A DNA stretch of 64,000 bases from Tubiluchus corallicola (GCA_030141605.1 JAQGDQ010000294.1:186001-250000), one strand, 5' to 3'. Counted from the first letter of the stretch, positions 34,626 to 50,613 are shown. Numbers and translations are program-made. The notes: generated from the letters alone by a model not told the origin.

Positions 34626-37600
34626 ATAATTTCTCTTCAATTTTCAATGATTATTACTAACTGAAACTCAAAAGAAGTGCCAGTTATACAATTATAGTTC
34701 CTCTTTTGCCATCTGTTCTTGATCACATGTAGTATTACACACTTACCTAATTCTTTACGTTACTAAACTCATGTAGCACATAAATAAAAGTGGTTTGGCG
34801 TGCTGTATTGGGGAATTTTGCTTAGAAAGTATTAAAACTGTGATACCAATAACTACAATAATTAGAGCTTTAATTGTGAAATTGGAAAAAGTCGGATAAG
34901 AATCTGCAATGGGATGCCAGTTAAACAGTTACTACAGTCAATATCAAAATGTGCTCAACTGCATAGTACTTCTGTAATATATAACTAATAACATGAACCA
35001 AAGTCTTCTGTCAAGTACCAAAAAGAGCAACACACAACAAAAATGTAATCAACTGCTGCCGCATCATTTGCTTCCTAATCACGAAAAACACAGCAAGCAC
35101 GCATTGTTTAGTTTTTAGCCAAAAACCATAGCCAAATAAAAACTGAAAACACTGCCATTTGTGTTAAAGAAAAATGCAAAAAGTGTAAACTTATGTACAA
35201 AAAACAGCATGCTTAAATGTTCGTAAAGAGCAAAAATATGGATTATAAATACAAAAGTTTTCATAAGTCCCAATAGTAAAAAGACGTACATGTCAAAAGT
35301 TAAGCCCGCCAAAAAGTGGTATGCAGCAGTCAATGGAATAGCCTCTTTTACGTAGACGACCAGAACAACACATAACTATACAAGTCTAGTCAAATGAGAC
35401 ACTAGTGTCTTACAGCAGAGATGCCCAGCTTATTATAAGGGGGTTATAGAGGTTTATAAATATAAGTCTTAACCATATTCCGATCCATAAAAAAGAAATA
35501 CTGATGGAGTAACGTAAATAAGTGCGCCAAAAGACAAACTTTTAAACAATCACTTATTCCTGGGCAGGGTAGGCTTTAAATATAGGGCTACTAATACTAA
35601 TCAGTCACTTTGTTAGTTTTGCAGCCAATAGCATACAAACCAGAACCTTGCTCGTACAATAATTCGCTAATCATCCAAATTGTAAGCCAATCACAGTTTC
35701 TCAAACCAATTAGTTGTTAAATTTTAAGTATTAATCTTTTTATTTTATTTTTTACCTTCAAAATTCAAAATTGACGCAAACACCAAAACGCCGAGTAGCG
35801 TGACAGTCAATAAGGCAACATGGGTTATCTTGCTACTCGATGTCTGCACTCAACAGTGAAGTGATTTCGAAATTTTTCTTTAACAGTTCTTTCTTCACAT
35901 CAGCTACACTGAAAGTTTTACCATAAATTTGCATAATTATTCATTGAATCAAGCAAAGTAAAAGCTAGAAAATACATTTTGATTTATAAGGCTTCCAGTA
36001 ATAAATGTATTATCTGCGAATCGTAATTTTGGCAGAAATAAATTTTCCCTGTCAGTCACTCACCACATTTTTGCAAATACATGTACATGTCAGTAGACTC
36101 ATAACTGTTGAAGCAAAACTCACACAAATGAATCAGCACTGTTGTGGCTTTGCGGGTGCTGTTTTTGTGCTAACTGTTTTTTTTTAAATATAAAAATGAT
36201 CTTAAGTGTACTGTGCTGTCTGCACATCATTACATTAAGTTGTAAGAGTGGCTAGCTAGTTTGGAAACAGATTATTGATAATTACTACGTAATCCCTAGA
36301 TAGGACACGCCATTTAAACAACTAGCGGTGAATGCGCGCAATACTTCGCCATATTACGGTTTGTGAGTCATGCCTTATTACTGCAGCTTAAACAGTGTCA
36401 GCCTATTTTTTGTACGAAAGAAGCGTTTAACCCCCTGTTTGCATACTAAAAACAACAGGATTAGGTTAAAAAACCACATTTCTTATATTTTGCTGTACTT
36501 TTAACTTTTTTTCACATATGAATATGTTTATCAATTGAATACATATGCGTCTTCCCATTGTAACAGTCTTATCTCACTAATTAGCATTGCTAGTGCTTGA
36601 ACATTTAATAATGTAATAGATTACATAAGTTAGTGTACTTGCTTGACGTTGGTTAATATTTCTGCTGATAAATACCCTTAAAAAGAATGTGAATATCCTG
36701 TTACTGTGCATGCCCGTTTTAATTTTTAATAATTATAAAATGTTTTTTTTTGCTGGAGTTCTGCTGCTTTACATGTAACTCTAAGGAAATTGAAACAACA
36801 GCGAATCATTGTCTGCACAGTGGCAAAATTACTAGAATTTAATTATTCAGTTAGAACATTTTTTACAAAGTGCAAAATTCTAAAAGATTATTTTTGAAGT
36901 ATCAAAGTGCTTTACTACACTACTACATGAGCATTCTACACTCACAATGCACAAAATTTTATTCACACGCTTCAAACAAACACTTTACATACAGCATAAT
37001 TAAACACATAATTACAGCGATAAGTGGAGCTTATGTTGGGGCAATGGGCATTTGAAGCCTTTAAGTGGTCGAAAAAGGTCAGTTCAGTAAGCAGTTTTTT
37101 AAATGTTTTCCAGCATTAAGGATGCAAAATTTAGGTTTTAATTCACAAACAGCAATTATTGCTTTTTAATCAGTGAATTAACTAGTTTACATCTATTAGC
37201 TTTATACACTTTACACAGTATTCCTCGGCCTATTCAAACCTTTAACCCCGAGGAATCACAACAAAGTGCACTAGTTCCAATTTGTTGACATACTTCTGCT
37301 AAAGACAATCACGCCAGGTGAATACAGGTAAATTTTATTCCAGGAGCCTTTTCTCCTGAAAAGTTGCAACAACAAAGAGGTACTCATTGTTATAGTCTAC
37401 AGTTCAATTTTGTTGACTGAAAGACTGAAATTTTGCTACTAACGTGTGTTACGGACAAGCTCATAGCTAATTAAATGGTGACAGAACTAAATGTGTGACC
37501 CAGTGAGTCGTTGCTTTTTAGGAGCTGGATCTGTAATGTTAGGTTCCGGGCGTGCGGCCCTAACAGATTCGGCACACTTTAAGCACTCATTCCAAAACAA

Positions 37601-38524
37601 AAACAATTGTTTTGTTGTGGATATATTGCCATTAAAACATGTTTGTTAAGAAGTTTATACATTACTGCTAACAACTTTTTTACTCGTGGAAAAACATGTA
37701 GTCCGTACTTGGTAGAAAACTCAAAGAGCACTAATATATTAAGTGAGCTTACAAGAAACAGAAAATAACTGCTACAATTTGAAAACATAGTTCAGAAAGC
37801 TATGGATTGCTATCTTCTGGGTGGCAATCCTTACGATGATCTTCTGGCAAATTGACGTCAAACATATTTGTCTATCGCTCCGCCCCCGCTGCAACGTAAG
37901 CACGCCCAGCAGCATTCGGGAAAACAGCTCACGCAGGACAATAACTGTCTAAGCTAAACTAAACTAAACTAAACAACATGATAGTCACAACTAATGTCTA
38001 ATCAGCAGATAAACGATTGCTCTTTTTCATAAACACAAATTTACAGCAGCCATTTTTACATGAAATTAACACTTCAAGTAAGCAACAAACGATTTTTCAA
38101 TTTAAACAGAATGTAGAGACGAAGTTTCAAAGCACTACAAAATACAGAGACATAAGTATAATAGAGAAACTAAGCCAGTTAGCCTTGCTTTTCAATAAGC
38201 GAGCAACAAAGATATTAAGTCTCTCTTGCATTTAAACATACAAACATCAAGCATGCGATGTATTTTTCTATATTAACTGATCATGTGCTCGCCTGCAAGA
38301 TTTATTAAGTGTTTGTATTTTTTCGTTTGTCGAGCTACGGAAATGGAATAAATTTGACTTTTCCATTCCAAAGACAACTTTATATTGAATGCCCGAGTCA
38401 CATAAGTCCCAATGGTATCTTTTAACCTTGATTATAACCAGAAAAATAGCGTAAAATTAGTTAATATTACATTGATGTATAATATAAGTTTTGACCACAT
38501 TTGAATTAATTTTGACTGTGAAGA

Positions 38525-38555
<31 letters not shown>

Positions 38556-40014
38556 TTAATCTTTTTAAATCCTTTCATCAACGTTCGTCATTCGTTTGTC
38601 CTTATATTGTGGTATTATACTGGCTGGAGCAGAAAAACTTCACAGATGTTTAGGCTTTAATGATACTAAAAGTCCTACAAATTACGTCACCTAATCACCT
38701 TCTTGTTGCGACTTTACAAATATTTTTAAATTATGGAGGAAACACTTAATGTATGTTATAGTATGTTACTTTATAGTACGTTAGAATATTAAATACCGGA
38801 GTAACGTCACCTAATCGTCAAATGAAAAACAGCTACGTTAGCGGATAAAACACTCAATTCACGACAACAAAACAATAACGTGTTAAACTATTTACATCAT
38901 ATTATTCCCTACGAAAAATGAGGCGCTGATTAACATTTGTTGCCAAGAAAAAATGGGACTTCATTTTCTTGAATTTAGCGTCCGGAATTCCCGTAAAGAG
39001 AAAGTGAATTACGGCCGCACGTAGCCACTAGATGCAGAGGCACTAAAGGCAAAAATTGTTGAGTGTAGGATAAAACGTCCTTTAAAAAGTGAGTCACTTA
39101 AAAACTGTATCAGGTACTGGTAATGTATTCGTCTAGGCGTATTGAAAATGGTGTACTGTACACTGTCAGTACTTGCTGTAAATTTTAACACTAGCGACAT
39201 GCGAAAATATTCGGACATTAATTTTTTGGACTTGTTGATTTAAAATTTCTGTGTCTTTGGAAAAATCTTAAGGACTTGAAACTTCTGGTGCTTTGACATA
39301 AAAGTATATAACGTTAGTGTGGCAATTTCTAAGCGATTCCATTATTTCGTCTTATAATATAATCGTTTTTATCGTGCTTTTGAGCACCGAAGTTTTGACT
39401 TTGACAAAACAGGATAAAAATAAAAATGTCAGTGTCTGTTCTTGTTTAGCATATAAAGCATTAAAACAATAGAACAGTTACGAAGTCGGGCACCTTCGCA
39501 GACACGTTCTGAACTGTCACTAAGGCACCTATTTCTATAAAATCATTACACGGAGAGAAGGCCATTCTAAACTACTGTACTTAGAAGGACAGCAGGATCG
39601 AGAAAACCACCGATAATTGGAAAAGCTTGAACACAAAACATTGAAACAGATTAACACAATGGACTAAAAAAACCATTGAAAAGCACGTGCTGAGCAGCAA
39701 GAGCTCATTCAGACAAAAAACTGTCTTGAAGATGCACCGTTTTTTATACCTAGACTTCACTACGATGTCACATAGGTAAGTCATGGTCAATCCATCTGAG
39801 CCAATGCTAAACTGGTGTCAGATTTAGTTGCATGATTATGACGGTATAAGCATCAGAAAGAGTCTAGGTTAACGATGGTTTTTGAACTGACAGCTAGGAT
39901 GGGCTTGATGCCTAGAAGGGTGCCTTACTGCTCAGCTACGATATTTTTTAACAAATTTGCCAATCTAAGAGTTTGCACTAATCCCTGGATCATAATAACC
40001 TATTTACCTACTCG

Positions 40015-40767
40015 TGTAAAAAATCTTGGAGTATTTTTTGATACTTTTTGTACTATGTCAAACCATGTAGCAAACCTTAGTTGGTCAGCATCATTGGCTT
40101 TGTGGAAAATTGGAAAAATCAGACATATTCTCAACCACCAAACAACTGGAAAACTCATACATGCCTTCATAACGTCCAAAATTGATGATTGCAATAGTTT
40201 ACTTTTTGGACTCCCTGAATATGAAAATCGCAAATCCCAACTAATTCAGAACTCTGCGCCCGTCTCATTGTGAAAACCAGAAAATATGATCACCCATTCT
40301 AAGAGAGTTACATTGGTTGCTGATAAAGTTTTGAATTCAATTTAAAATTCTTTGTATGACCTACGAAATACTGCATGGTTTGGCACCTGCATACCTTACC
40401 GATCTTTTAATACACCATAACATATCCCGAACACTTCGTTCTATTGCTAATGAACAAATTAATTCACATCAGCCAATTCCTAATACAGAATTCTATGGTG
40501 AAAAAGCTTTTTCTATCTGTGCTGCACGTCACTGGAATAACTTACCTGTAGCTATACGTTCTAAAAATTGATTGGATTCTTTTAAACAGCATTTTAAAAC
40601 AATAAAACACATTTGTTTAACTTGTACTTACGATGCATGATTCTTAATTTTTAATGTCTGTTAAATTTTATGTTTCTTATGAATTTTAAATGTATTTTAT
40701 TGTTTAGCGTGCTGAGATTTTAAATGGTGTATGTGATATATAAATAAATTTTACATCACATTATATT
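40015..40767 (+). mobile_element. Degenerate L2/CR1-group LINE, 3' end
   Basis: VKNLGVFFD..TMSNHV...IGKIRHIL...LIHAFITSKIDDCNSLLFGLP...IQNSA...LHWL...LHGLAPAYL...KAFS...WNNLP, with frameshifts. AATAAA near 40743. Confidence 0.88.
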
Positions 40768-43700
40768 TTGCGTTTTTGAACAAGCTTATTGACCTAAAAG
40801 CTTTAATGCCAGCAGTGACATGAGTTGGGAGGCTGCCTTTGTGCTGCTTGCATCCCATTTTTTGAAGAAGTTCATCGAAATAAGAGCTAGCATTGACCTA
40901 CTCTCTAAACGACACTTTAGTGCTTTGCTCATGAAGCATGGGTCTGTTACAGAGTTCATTGTTTAGTGCCCATGCACGTTTAGTAAGGTTAATCTATTTG
41001 TCTCTTTCTGGTCGATCTGTCTTCATCGGTTCCCCTTTTCATGGCATGCAATTCTACTCCTTAAATAACACCCTGACTGCTTCATTTTATTTGTTTGGCT
41101 CAATCGTAATTTGAAGCTTAAGTAGAAGATTTAATTTTCGATTAGATACATTCCACTTGAGCATTTGACAATTATATACAGTATGCCCGTTAGAGGAATA
41201 AACAAACTTGATTTATATTTCTATGAAATAAGGTGATCAGTTGATTGTAAAAGTCAGCCTGTAAAAATTAACTCATAGTCAGTGCACACTTGCTAGATAC
41301 ACTTGAGCATAATAATCTACACGTAACCACACTCGACCAGGTATAGTTAAGTGCAAACACGGTCACGCTCCGTTCGCGGATTTGGATCTGAATTCATTCA
41401 ATCTTGTCTTAATTGTCAGAATTTTCCTAAAAATTGTATCTATTCTTGGCATTAAGAATTAAACCTGCGTTATTATGTCACTTTTAAGTTGTATTTTCTT
41501 ATGGTAAGTTTTTAGTACCTTGTCCTTTGCTACATAGGGGGCTTTCTCATAATCTGTTTTCTGTTAAACTATAGACATATATTTATACATTTAAAAAATC
41601 ACTTGTGAAGTAAAACAGCTAAGCAGGTCTAGACTTAACACGATAATAATGGCTCAATTTTCCTAAACTGTTCACAACACAATAGCTTTCGCAATAAGAA
41701 GCAAGTCAAGCACTTTCACTTCACGCCTATTATCATCTACTTTTGAAGAATCTTACTCAACCTTGTTTTCAAAAATGTTCAAAAACTGAAATAATAGGCT
41801 TACAGTAGTTGCTCCAATTACAGTGCATTCTTGTTCATAACAGGCTGGCTGTGACACCAAGGCCTGCATACATGTATTGAAGTAATGAAAGGTCCCGTTT
41901 AGACTGTCGCGCGTCCCCTCAAAGCGAGTGAGTGATACGCATTCGTGATCAGCAGTTCAATTGTCAGTTTTAATCATTCTTTACTAAGTTAAGACTAGAT
42001 ATTTGAAATGGTATTATCGAGAAAGCCTCCAAGACATTATTAAATTACATGCATGGCACATACCAAGTAATAAGCGTTTGATGATAATAATTTATTCGGT
42101 TTATTGTGAAACAAGATATGCGATGAAAAGAACGCGATAGGTAGAGCATGAAGCTATTGGCAAATTCATAATTACATAAACTTGCGAGTTCTAAATAAAA
42201 TACGTAAAGAATTGCTGCAAATATCCACGAGTTCAAATCACCAGTGGCGTATCTAGAGCCAGTGGTGCCCGGTGCGGCACTTGAGTTTGGCGCCCCTCTC
42301 ATAGAAATGTTTATGTAGGAAAATTTTACTTTTGCAAAATTCAGTACTTCTGCATTGCAGTAAGCTGCAGATATAAATTTATGAAATAATAAAGTAGTGC
42401 TTAAAAATCGGTTTGTGAAGAAATAAATTCACCATGTAAGTTTCAAAACTGCTCAAAGACTTCTCAAAATTTATGTTGACCCAGAAAAGAGAGGCATAAT
42501 GATAGTTGAAGTCCATTCTGAAATGATTGCTAAGACGTCGCTGTACTTAACGAGAAATTTGCTGCAGCTGGTTGAAGCAAAGTAAAAGTATACTATCGTC
42601 AAAATGTTACAAAGATAAAGTTGAGATTAGTATTCGTAATTTAAGTTTATAGATCCACAAGTAATTTTGCCAAACCAAGATATTTTAATTCAAATGCTGA
42701 CGCAGATATTCAAAAACTTTTAAGTTACGTTGCAATGACATCAGTGTGATAGAAACCAAACGCCAGGGGCAAGGACATCTTTAAAAAACGAGCGAAATTT
42801 TATGCAAATAATGTGTGATAGGCTTGCAACTACAAGGGTGATTGAATGTATTCCTACGGTTAATTCAAAACGTGTACCGCGATGACAAACTATGTTACAA
42901 CTATACTAATTATTATCATCTTCGCAAGCATTTCCGTGAAAAATGAAATTGTCGCGTGTTTTGCATTTCTATTGTTCTGACAGAATCAACTTTTTCATTG
43001 CCTTGATCAAAATCTGGGCGGACCTACGCCCTCCCCCCGGCTACCCCACTGCATGTCAAATATTGTGGACATTCGGGTGGTTATTAATGAACCGAATTCG
43101 TTGGATTCTGTATACTATACGATTTTATGAAGTACGATATTGTTGTATAATAAGTGTGAATAATTTTTGTAACTAATTATGTTTTCTATAATGATGGCTA
43201 CGTAATTTACTAGATTTACAATGATCCACGGATGCTTGGAGAATCAATTAACTGGGACATCTGCGGTAAATTATACTAACAGCGTCAAAAGTTCATGAAA
43301 TTATAGAGCACGAAAGCGTTATGATTGCAAAAACAAAAGCGACGCAGCTCCCATTGTTTGACTGCGTGTCCAGTTGGCAGCAAACGGGATTAAATCCTCT
43401 TTGGCATCACAAAATTTTATACGAAAATTATTGTGCGAAAAGTTTTTAAAAGATTTTCTTCATCAAGAAAACAAGAGCAACAGGAAATCTAGTGACAAGT
43501 TGTTTAAAATTCTTGAAGCATCTCAGAACAGTTAGGCCAAGCTTAGGTAACACAGATAATAGATGCTCACACGCGCACCTTAGCTCGACAATAATCATGT
43601 AATTTGATTGAATTCAATGTTAACCTTGGTTTATAAATTAGGCTACAAGCGGGGTAGAATTTTACGGCTCATTCTTCACGGGCGAGGGATCCTGTCATTG

Positions 43701-44249
43701 TAAAAGAGCGCAGTGCTTACGACTGTCAGTTCAGTGTTTAGTTTAGTATTATGTTGTGCGCGTAGAAATGCAGTCGTGTGATGGTGGACCTAGAAGACCT
43801 TGTTGTCGACTGTCATACATTAATTACATGACCATGCAATCATGAACCGTGCATGGGTTAGTAATAAATACAGAGTGTCTCGTCCGGTATGTATACTGAG
43901 AGTTTAATCTATATTTATTGCATCTACATTTTCTTTGTCTACATCTTTAAAAGAACTTTTCATCATCGCATCGTTGCCACCATAGGTTTTGTTATCCTAA
44001 AAAGGCCTCTTATAAATGACAGTTCGAATAAAAACGAATTCGCTAAAAATGTAGGTAAGTCTTTTCACACTGCAAGTCATTTTCAGAAATGAGGTTTTAT
44101 TTTTAGCTTAGTTAAGAAACTTCTTATCGAAACACCCAAGGAGACGTTAAGGCCTCCAAGAGGCATTTCAGTCATCCTATAAAGTTCAAGAACTAAGTAT
44201 AAATACGCTTAGGACAAAAAGCATTCTTTATCTCGGATAAGGTCGGATA

Positions 44250-44391
<142 letters not shown>

Positions 44392-45349
44392 CTAACACAT
44401 GTTATATATGTTAATATATGTTAGATATATATATGTTAATATTTCTATACAATTCAATACAAGACGTATTAATATTAATAACACAATTCATATTTTCACC
44501 TTTGAATTTTTTTATAATATCTGAATTATACTATTATTAAATACTAAAAGAAAATTTGAATTGTACAATTATCTGCGATACTCTTTCGACAGCCGTCGTG
44601 CATAGAATCACAAAATTAATATCTTATTAATAGCTCAAGAAACATCGGTAAAACTAGACACAAAACGCGACAGTGGGTCACCGTCCCTAATAATTTTCCG
44701 TGAACTAGTCGCTAGTTTTGATTTTTGATTATAAAACGATAAAACAGTCATAGTTTGAAGTTACAACGATCTACTATCATAAATTAGCAAACGTTCAATG
44801 AAATTCCAAGACCTGCCTTGCGGCTAAATGACCTTATTGTGCTACTTTAGCAATTCTAAGAAGGCCATAAAGTGTTAATGTACATTGGATAATACTTGTT
44901 TACGTTTTGGTTTGCATATAAAAGGTGAAATAAGTGCACATTTCAAATTTAATAAGTTTCACTGAATCAATCTGACAGAATTCGCTCTCTGACTCTCTGT
45001 GTTATTGACTGTATCAAGCTTTGCCTACCTAGAAAACAACATCCCTTTGTTAGTCTTGTTGTTCAATTGTTGGGCCGCTTGTTTATGAAATCAGTGCTAA
45101 AATTCGACTACGACTTATTAACATGTTAATTAAAGGCACCTTCCCATATGTATAACTTACAGGTATCCTGCTTTGATTCACTAAGCCACCTGCCCAAAAA
45201 TCGTTATGAAAACACCCAAACTATTAACGCACAAGAAAAGCCTCCATTTACATAAGGCTAAAAACATTCGTCTTGTAATTTTGTACCACTTACGTACTGC
45301 CTTTTTGCTTATAGGACTTGCGTCGGCAATAACCCTGTATAAAACATGG

Positions 45350-45456
45350 AAATTTAATCTCCCGCGATGACCGTTAGACGAAGCCATTTTGACGATAAAT
45401 CATTTGAAACAAGTTTAGATAACATTGTGTAGTTTGAAAAAATAATCTGAGCATTT
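45350..45456 (+). repeat. Dispersed repeat family fragment (also 47700..47815 and 60748..60856)
   Basis: Shared core AGCCATTTT..GATAA.TCATTTGAAACAAGTTTAGATAACATTGTGT..AGTTTGAAAA.TAATC.GAGCATT. Probably an old non-autonomous DNA transposon. Confidence 0.7.
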
Positions 45457-46738
45457 ATCTGTTAAGGCATTTCTTTTGGTTGTGTCCACTAGGTGGCATT
45501 CAAACAATAAGTGATATGGAGTTTCTCAACCATTCATACATTCGCATATATCAGTATCTGCATATCCAATACGTTCTTTGAAACTACCTTGTCCAGCGAA
45601 AAAACTAAACGCAAATCTTTCTATTTTTCTTTTTCTTAGATTGATGGGCAACTTCAGTTGGTATGGTTCAATTATATTTGGATAAAACACGCATTTTTCC
45701 ATCTAAATACGTTTTTCATTACTGCTGATTCGAACATGTATTCGAAAATCTTTAAAATTGAATTTAATTCGGGTACGAAATTTGGCTTGATTCGAGTTCC
45801 AAAGTCACAAATTCGATTCGAATTCGTTTTCTGGTAGAAAATGCTCGTAACTGTCCCAAACATCGTTTTCCAAACTGTGTGGGAATAAATGTTGTCTGGA
45901 AGGCTGCACTTCTACTTTGTGCCAAGAAAAATTAGCCATTCCAGTTATACGTTTCCGGTCATGATCAAAGCTACATAGTGTGAATAACTGAGAAAAAACG
46001 GCAAGGCAAAATTAGGCTTTTACACAAGAATAAATGCAATTCTCACCTACCAGAAACTACTGAGGAATTATAGGAAGGTTTTCACGTTAATATAGCTAGG
46101 CCTAGGCAGAGAATGTGAAAATTGGTTTTAGCTAAAATCAGCTAAAAACTCCGCCGTAAGGCAACACTGGGTGAAAAACAAAAATGGGCAATTCATGACT
46201 CAATAACTGCCGACAGAGCTAGCTTATTAGTTCAAGGTCGTCATCTTCCGGCGGGTTCTCAACTCGTGTGGGAGGTGCTTGGAAAAACAGCTGCACGGTA
46301 GGCATTGTACAGCAGGGAGGCAGGAAATTGAGGGAGGAGTTGCATGTGTGACTGTATTACAATAAATTCTTAATATGACAGTTCATAATTGTCTAAGAAC
46401 TCTACTTGCTTATTTATAGTGCACAATACAATATGAATTCATACACCGCCGGCTCTAGGTATTGTTTGCATCCTAGGCAGAAGTGCTTTAGCCCCCCCCC
46501 CCAAATGGTCACCTCCTTTACCCCACGTTCCCCAGCCCAACTCAAAATTGAATTTTTGTTGTATATAATAAAGTATAATGGAACCTGTGCATTAACTACC
46601 GCTTCTGTCACAAGGCTTTGATTCTTATAGGTTCTTCTGCCATAATTAGATAAAGCAAAACTAGAAAGTGTTTAAATCCGAGTTAACGTCAGTCTATGTA
46701 TGAAGTCTATATCATCAGTCTAAATATCACCATCGTTG

Positions 46739-46790
<52 letters not shown>
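46739..46790. repeat. (ATC)n microsatellite
   Basis: Directly visible. Confidence 0.95.
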
Positions 46791-49512
46791 TAACATCGTC
46801 ATTATCATCTTCTTGCGTCTGTTTGCTTCGCTCCATTTAACGTATTTTTTGTTGTTTACGTCATTAATTAAGTCTTATCCATGTTGAGTGTAGCGTAGCA
46901 CATAAGTTAATTTCTTCTGCTACGCTCATAGCACTGCAATGCATTGTTAATTTGTTGTGCTAAATGGATAAATAAATAAATCTAAAAATGTTGCTAGGCG
47001 TCGATGAACCAAACATTTTGACAGAAAACTAACGTGCAGTAGTAGTTCAGTTCATATAATGAAAGTGTTATACATTTATTATGAATTACACGTACAATAT
47101 GTTATTACTTATGCTAAACTTAAAAATAAAAAAAAATTACTCCCAGAATTTGGCACCCTAGGCAACTGGCTAGTTTGACTAGTGGAAGGACCGGTACTGA
47201 ATTCATACACTGACTGCTTCATTTTCAGAAGCCACAGCGCAGTTCGGAAACGACTTATTTATATAATTTTAAATAAAAAATCAAAATAAGTAAAGAACTA
47301 AGCAGTTAATCGGGTAAACAAGCTAAATATTTCTGTTCTTGTTGCACTCCACGTCAAAAATTGTAATTTTCCACGGATTATCCTGTCTAAAAACGGAAAA
47401 ATGTGATCGGACAGTAATTAGTGTGTAACAGTAAATGGGATGTTCAAGTTATTGGTTTTAATTAAACGAAATCTGCTATAGATTAATAAAAATGCATTAT
47501 TTATTTTGATGCGGCACAATCCATGATTAGCGCGTTTAATTAGATTTACGTCACTTCCTGTTGAATACCAAAAGTTTTTGTCTGTTGCTTAAAGCACAAG
47601 AACACCCCTCGTAAATAAACGTCTTGAAATTTTACATCATTTACATGCTGCCTTGTTGCATACAGCGCTTGCATTACCAGTAACTTTGTACAAAATTTAT
47701 AAATTTAAACTCCCGCCATGACTGTTAAGCACAGCCATTTTGATGGTAAGTCGTTTGAAGCAAGTTTACCCAACATTGTGTGAAGTTTGGAAAAATAAAA
47801 ACAGCATTCGTAGCACACTCTTCACAAACTAACCAAAAGTGCAAATTACTTTATCTTATCAGTTAGATCAATAATGAGTTTTTTGGTTTTTCTTTTCCAA
47901 TTCCATAAGCTTTTCAAACAGATAAACATAATATAACTTTGTAGAGAACATTTTTTGAGATATTTTTTAAAATTCACTTGTCTACCCCCTTAAGTTGCAC
48001 GAAACGAGAATTCTCATATTTTTAACAGAACCTTATCCTACTTTAATAACAGTAGCGCGTGCCCATACAAATAAGAATAAGATTGAGAAAACAACAGGCG
48101 TCATTCCTTTTTAACTAAATCAATTTCGGGGTAATCATTTAAAACTCCATGATCAGAGATGTACAGTCTGAATAATAAAAATTAGAATGAGAGCAAAGCT
48201 TTCAGTTTTAGCTGAATTAAAACATGTGGGTGATCGAGTTTTTCTTGGGGTGCAAATAGAATCGCGTACCATTCCAAGCAGCAAATCACCCCATTGAAAG
48301 AGCTATCACGTACAAGCTTTAAAAATTTCCCTGACCCAATTCTTTCTGCATCACATGAGGCAGGGAAACAAAAAGATTTTGCACGCCAATTCAATATTCG
48401 GCTGTTCTTCATCCGTGTATACAGAGGGCGGATCCAGATCTAAGCACAAAGATCGACGATGAAGGTGGGCGGTAGTTAGTACTTTGTAGGAAAATCTACA
48501 ATATTATGATGTATGGCTAATTAACTGAGAACATGTGAACGTACTGTAAAGAAGTACTTTAATGAAACTGTAATAGTTAAATATGTAGTTGAGGACACGC
48601 ATTTTAGTGTTATGAGAGGACTTGCATATTGCACGGGTTTTTGGCACCATCGGGGTAGAACTGCCACCTATGCTAACAATAAGATTTCATCGCACCAAAG
48701 GTATAATTATGACGCGTTTAAGTTTTTTGCTGTAATGCGGTACTTAGTGAAAGTGAAATTTCACTAGTGAAGGTAGTAATAATAGCCACGCGTGATTACG
48801 GTAATCCTTTGCGACGTGGTCTGTGAACGTACGTGTCCTACTTGTGAATTAATCTAGCTAAGTGCAGTTCTTAAACCAACAGCATTTGAGCACATCGAAA
48901 TTTATTACACCAAGTTTAAGTTGCTTATAACATCAATAAAACTGGCGTCATGGTCAAGTTTTAATTGTATTTGCAACACTTGAACTTAAACCCATGATAC
49001 TTGATAGGAATAATTAAATCATTATTATCTTAGTACTGACTGTTAATTATTTTTTACGGTTATTAGCGGCTCAAAGTTCAAGCTCAAACTACTAAGGCAT
49101 TTTTACTATTTGTTTATAGACCAGTGGTTCCTAACCTTTTACTAACCGAACTGCCGTGTACCCCTTAACATGTTTTAGCAATATGAGCTTCACGAATTCA
49201 AATCAAAATTAAAAATACATACACTAAATCGTTTTGAAAACCCTACATACGTTAATCATAATATATATACCCATCCGAAAATTTTATTTAGCCACGTCCA
49301 TTTTAAATTGTATGTATATATTGTATATAGTCTACACTATAATTTGCGTGTAACATTGTAATATATATTCTCTTTTAAATTTTTGGCACAGTAGTTTCTA
49401 GTTTGCACTGGACGCATTTGCCTTCAACAGCTGTGTGAATTTCTATTCTCAAGCTGCGATGTTCTTTTATGCTTTTATAGTTATGAATATCGATTTTTAA
49501 TGGCAAATAGAG

Positions 49513-49514
<2 letters not shown>

Positions 49515-49593
<79 letters not shown>
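49515..49593. repeat. (TA)n microsatellite
   Basis: Directly visible. Confidence 0.97.
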
Positions 49594-49596
<3 letters not shown>

Positions 49597-50428
49597 CATT
49601 TTTACTACTATGATTTAACTATACAAGCGTGATTTAATCATACAAGCAAAACCGATAAACGAAACACCAAATTCAAGAACAAAATGCAAGAAAAAAAAAG
49701 CAATCTGATGTCAATTCAGAAGACGAACTTGCAGTCGAACTGTGAAGTAGCTTCAATGGCCGCCTCGTTGACGCTGCTTTTCTGAAAACCGCCAAACTCG
49801 GCTACCCGTCCGTCAACGCATTTGCAGTGCCAAACGTCCATTTTACATAATAAATTAATCCCGTTATAATGCCAGGCAATGCTCAGTGAAACCCGAAAAA
49901 AGCTATTGTGTTGCAAAAGCAATGACCTTTTAAAATCATGATGTTTAAGGGTTTTAATCTAGTAGCACACTCTTTCCTCCCACCACGAGACTGTTGCTCC
50001 CGTAAATTTCGTATTCGGTACTTGTACGCTGTAGGGAAAAAAGAACATGGTGACGTGTTACACGACACAACTTTTGCGTACCTCTAGCTTGGCTGCTTCG
50101 TACCCTCAAGCGGTACTCGTACATCAGGTTAGGAACTACTGTTATAGATTTTACTGACATTTTGTCGTCATACATTAAACGATAACGATGCCTTACATGT
50201 TCCGTGTGTGTGTGTGTGTGCGCGCGCGCGCGCGCGTGTGGATGTGTGTGGGTGTGTGCATAGGTGCGTGCGTGCAAAAACCCTTAACGGAAACCGAAGT
50301 AAAATTAGTTATCCAGAAATTGTAATCAGAATTTTTTATTATCATTTAGTAATTTAGCTACAATGACTTACTAAGAGATTTTAATTAAAAAAATTGTAAT
50401 AAGCGATTTTTGTGTAGAACAGTTAAAC

Positions 50429-50613
50429 GGCATTTAGCAGATGTCCGGAATGCGTTATTGCGTACACAGCTGCGTTTAAACAATCTAATACGAATAGGTA
50501 CAGGAAAAATAATAATAACGCAAAAACGTAGGTCTGATAAACGAGTGCATTAAAAATTATATAAAGTAGTTTTTACGCGTGAACGCACGCATTGCGGACG
50601 TCTGGTAAACGCC
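50429..50613. mobile_element. Small MITE with ~27-bp imperfect TIRs
   Basis: GGCATTTAGCAGATGTCCGGAATGCGT versus the reverse complement of the right end, GGCGTTTACCAGACGTCCGCAATGCGT. Confidence 0.6.
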
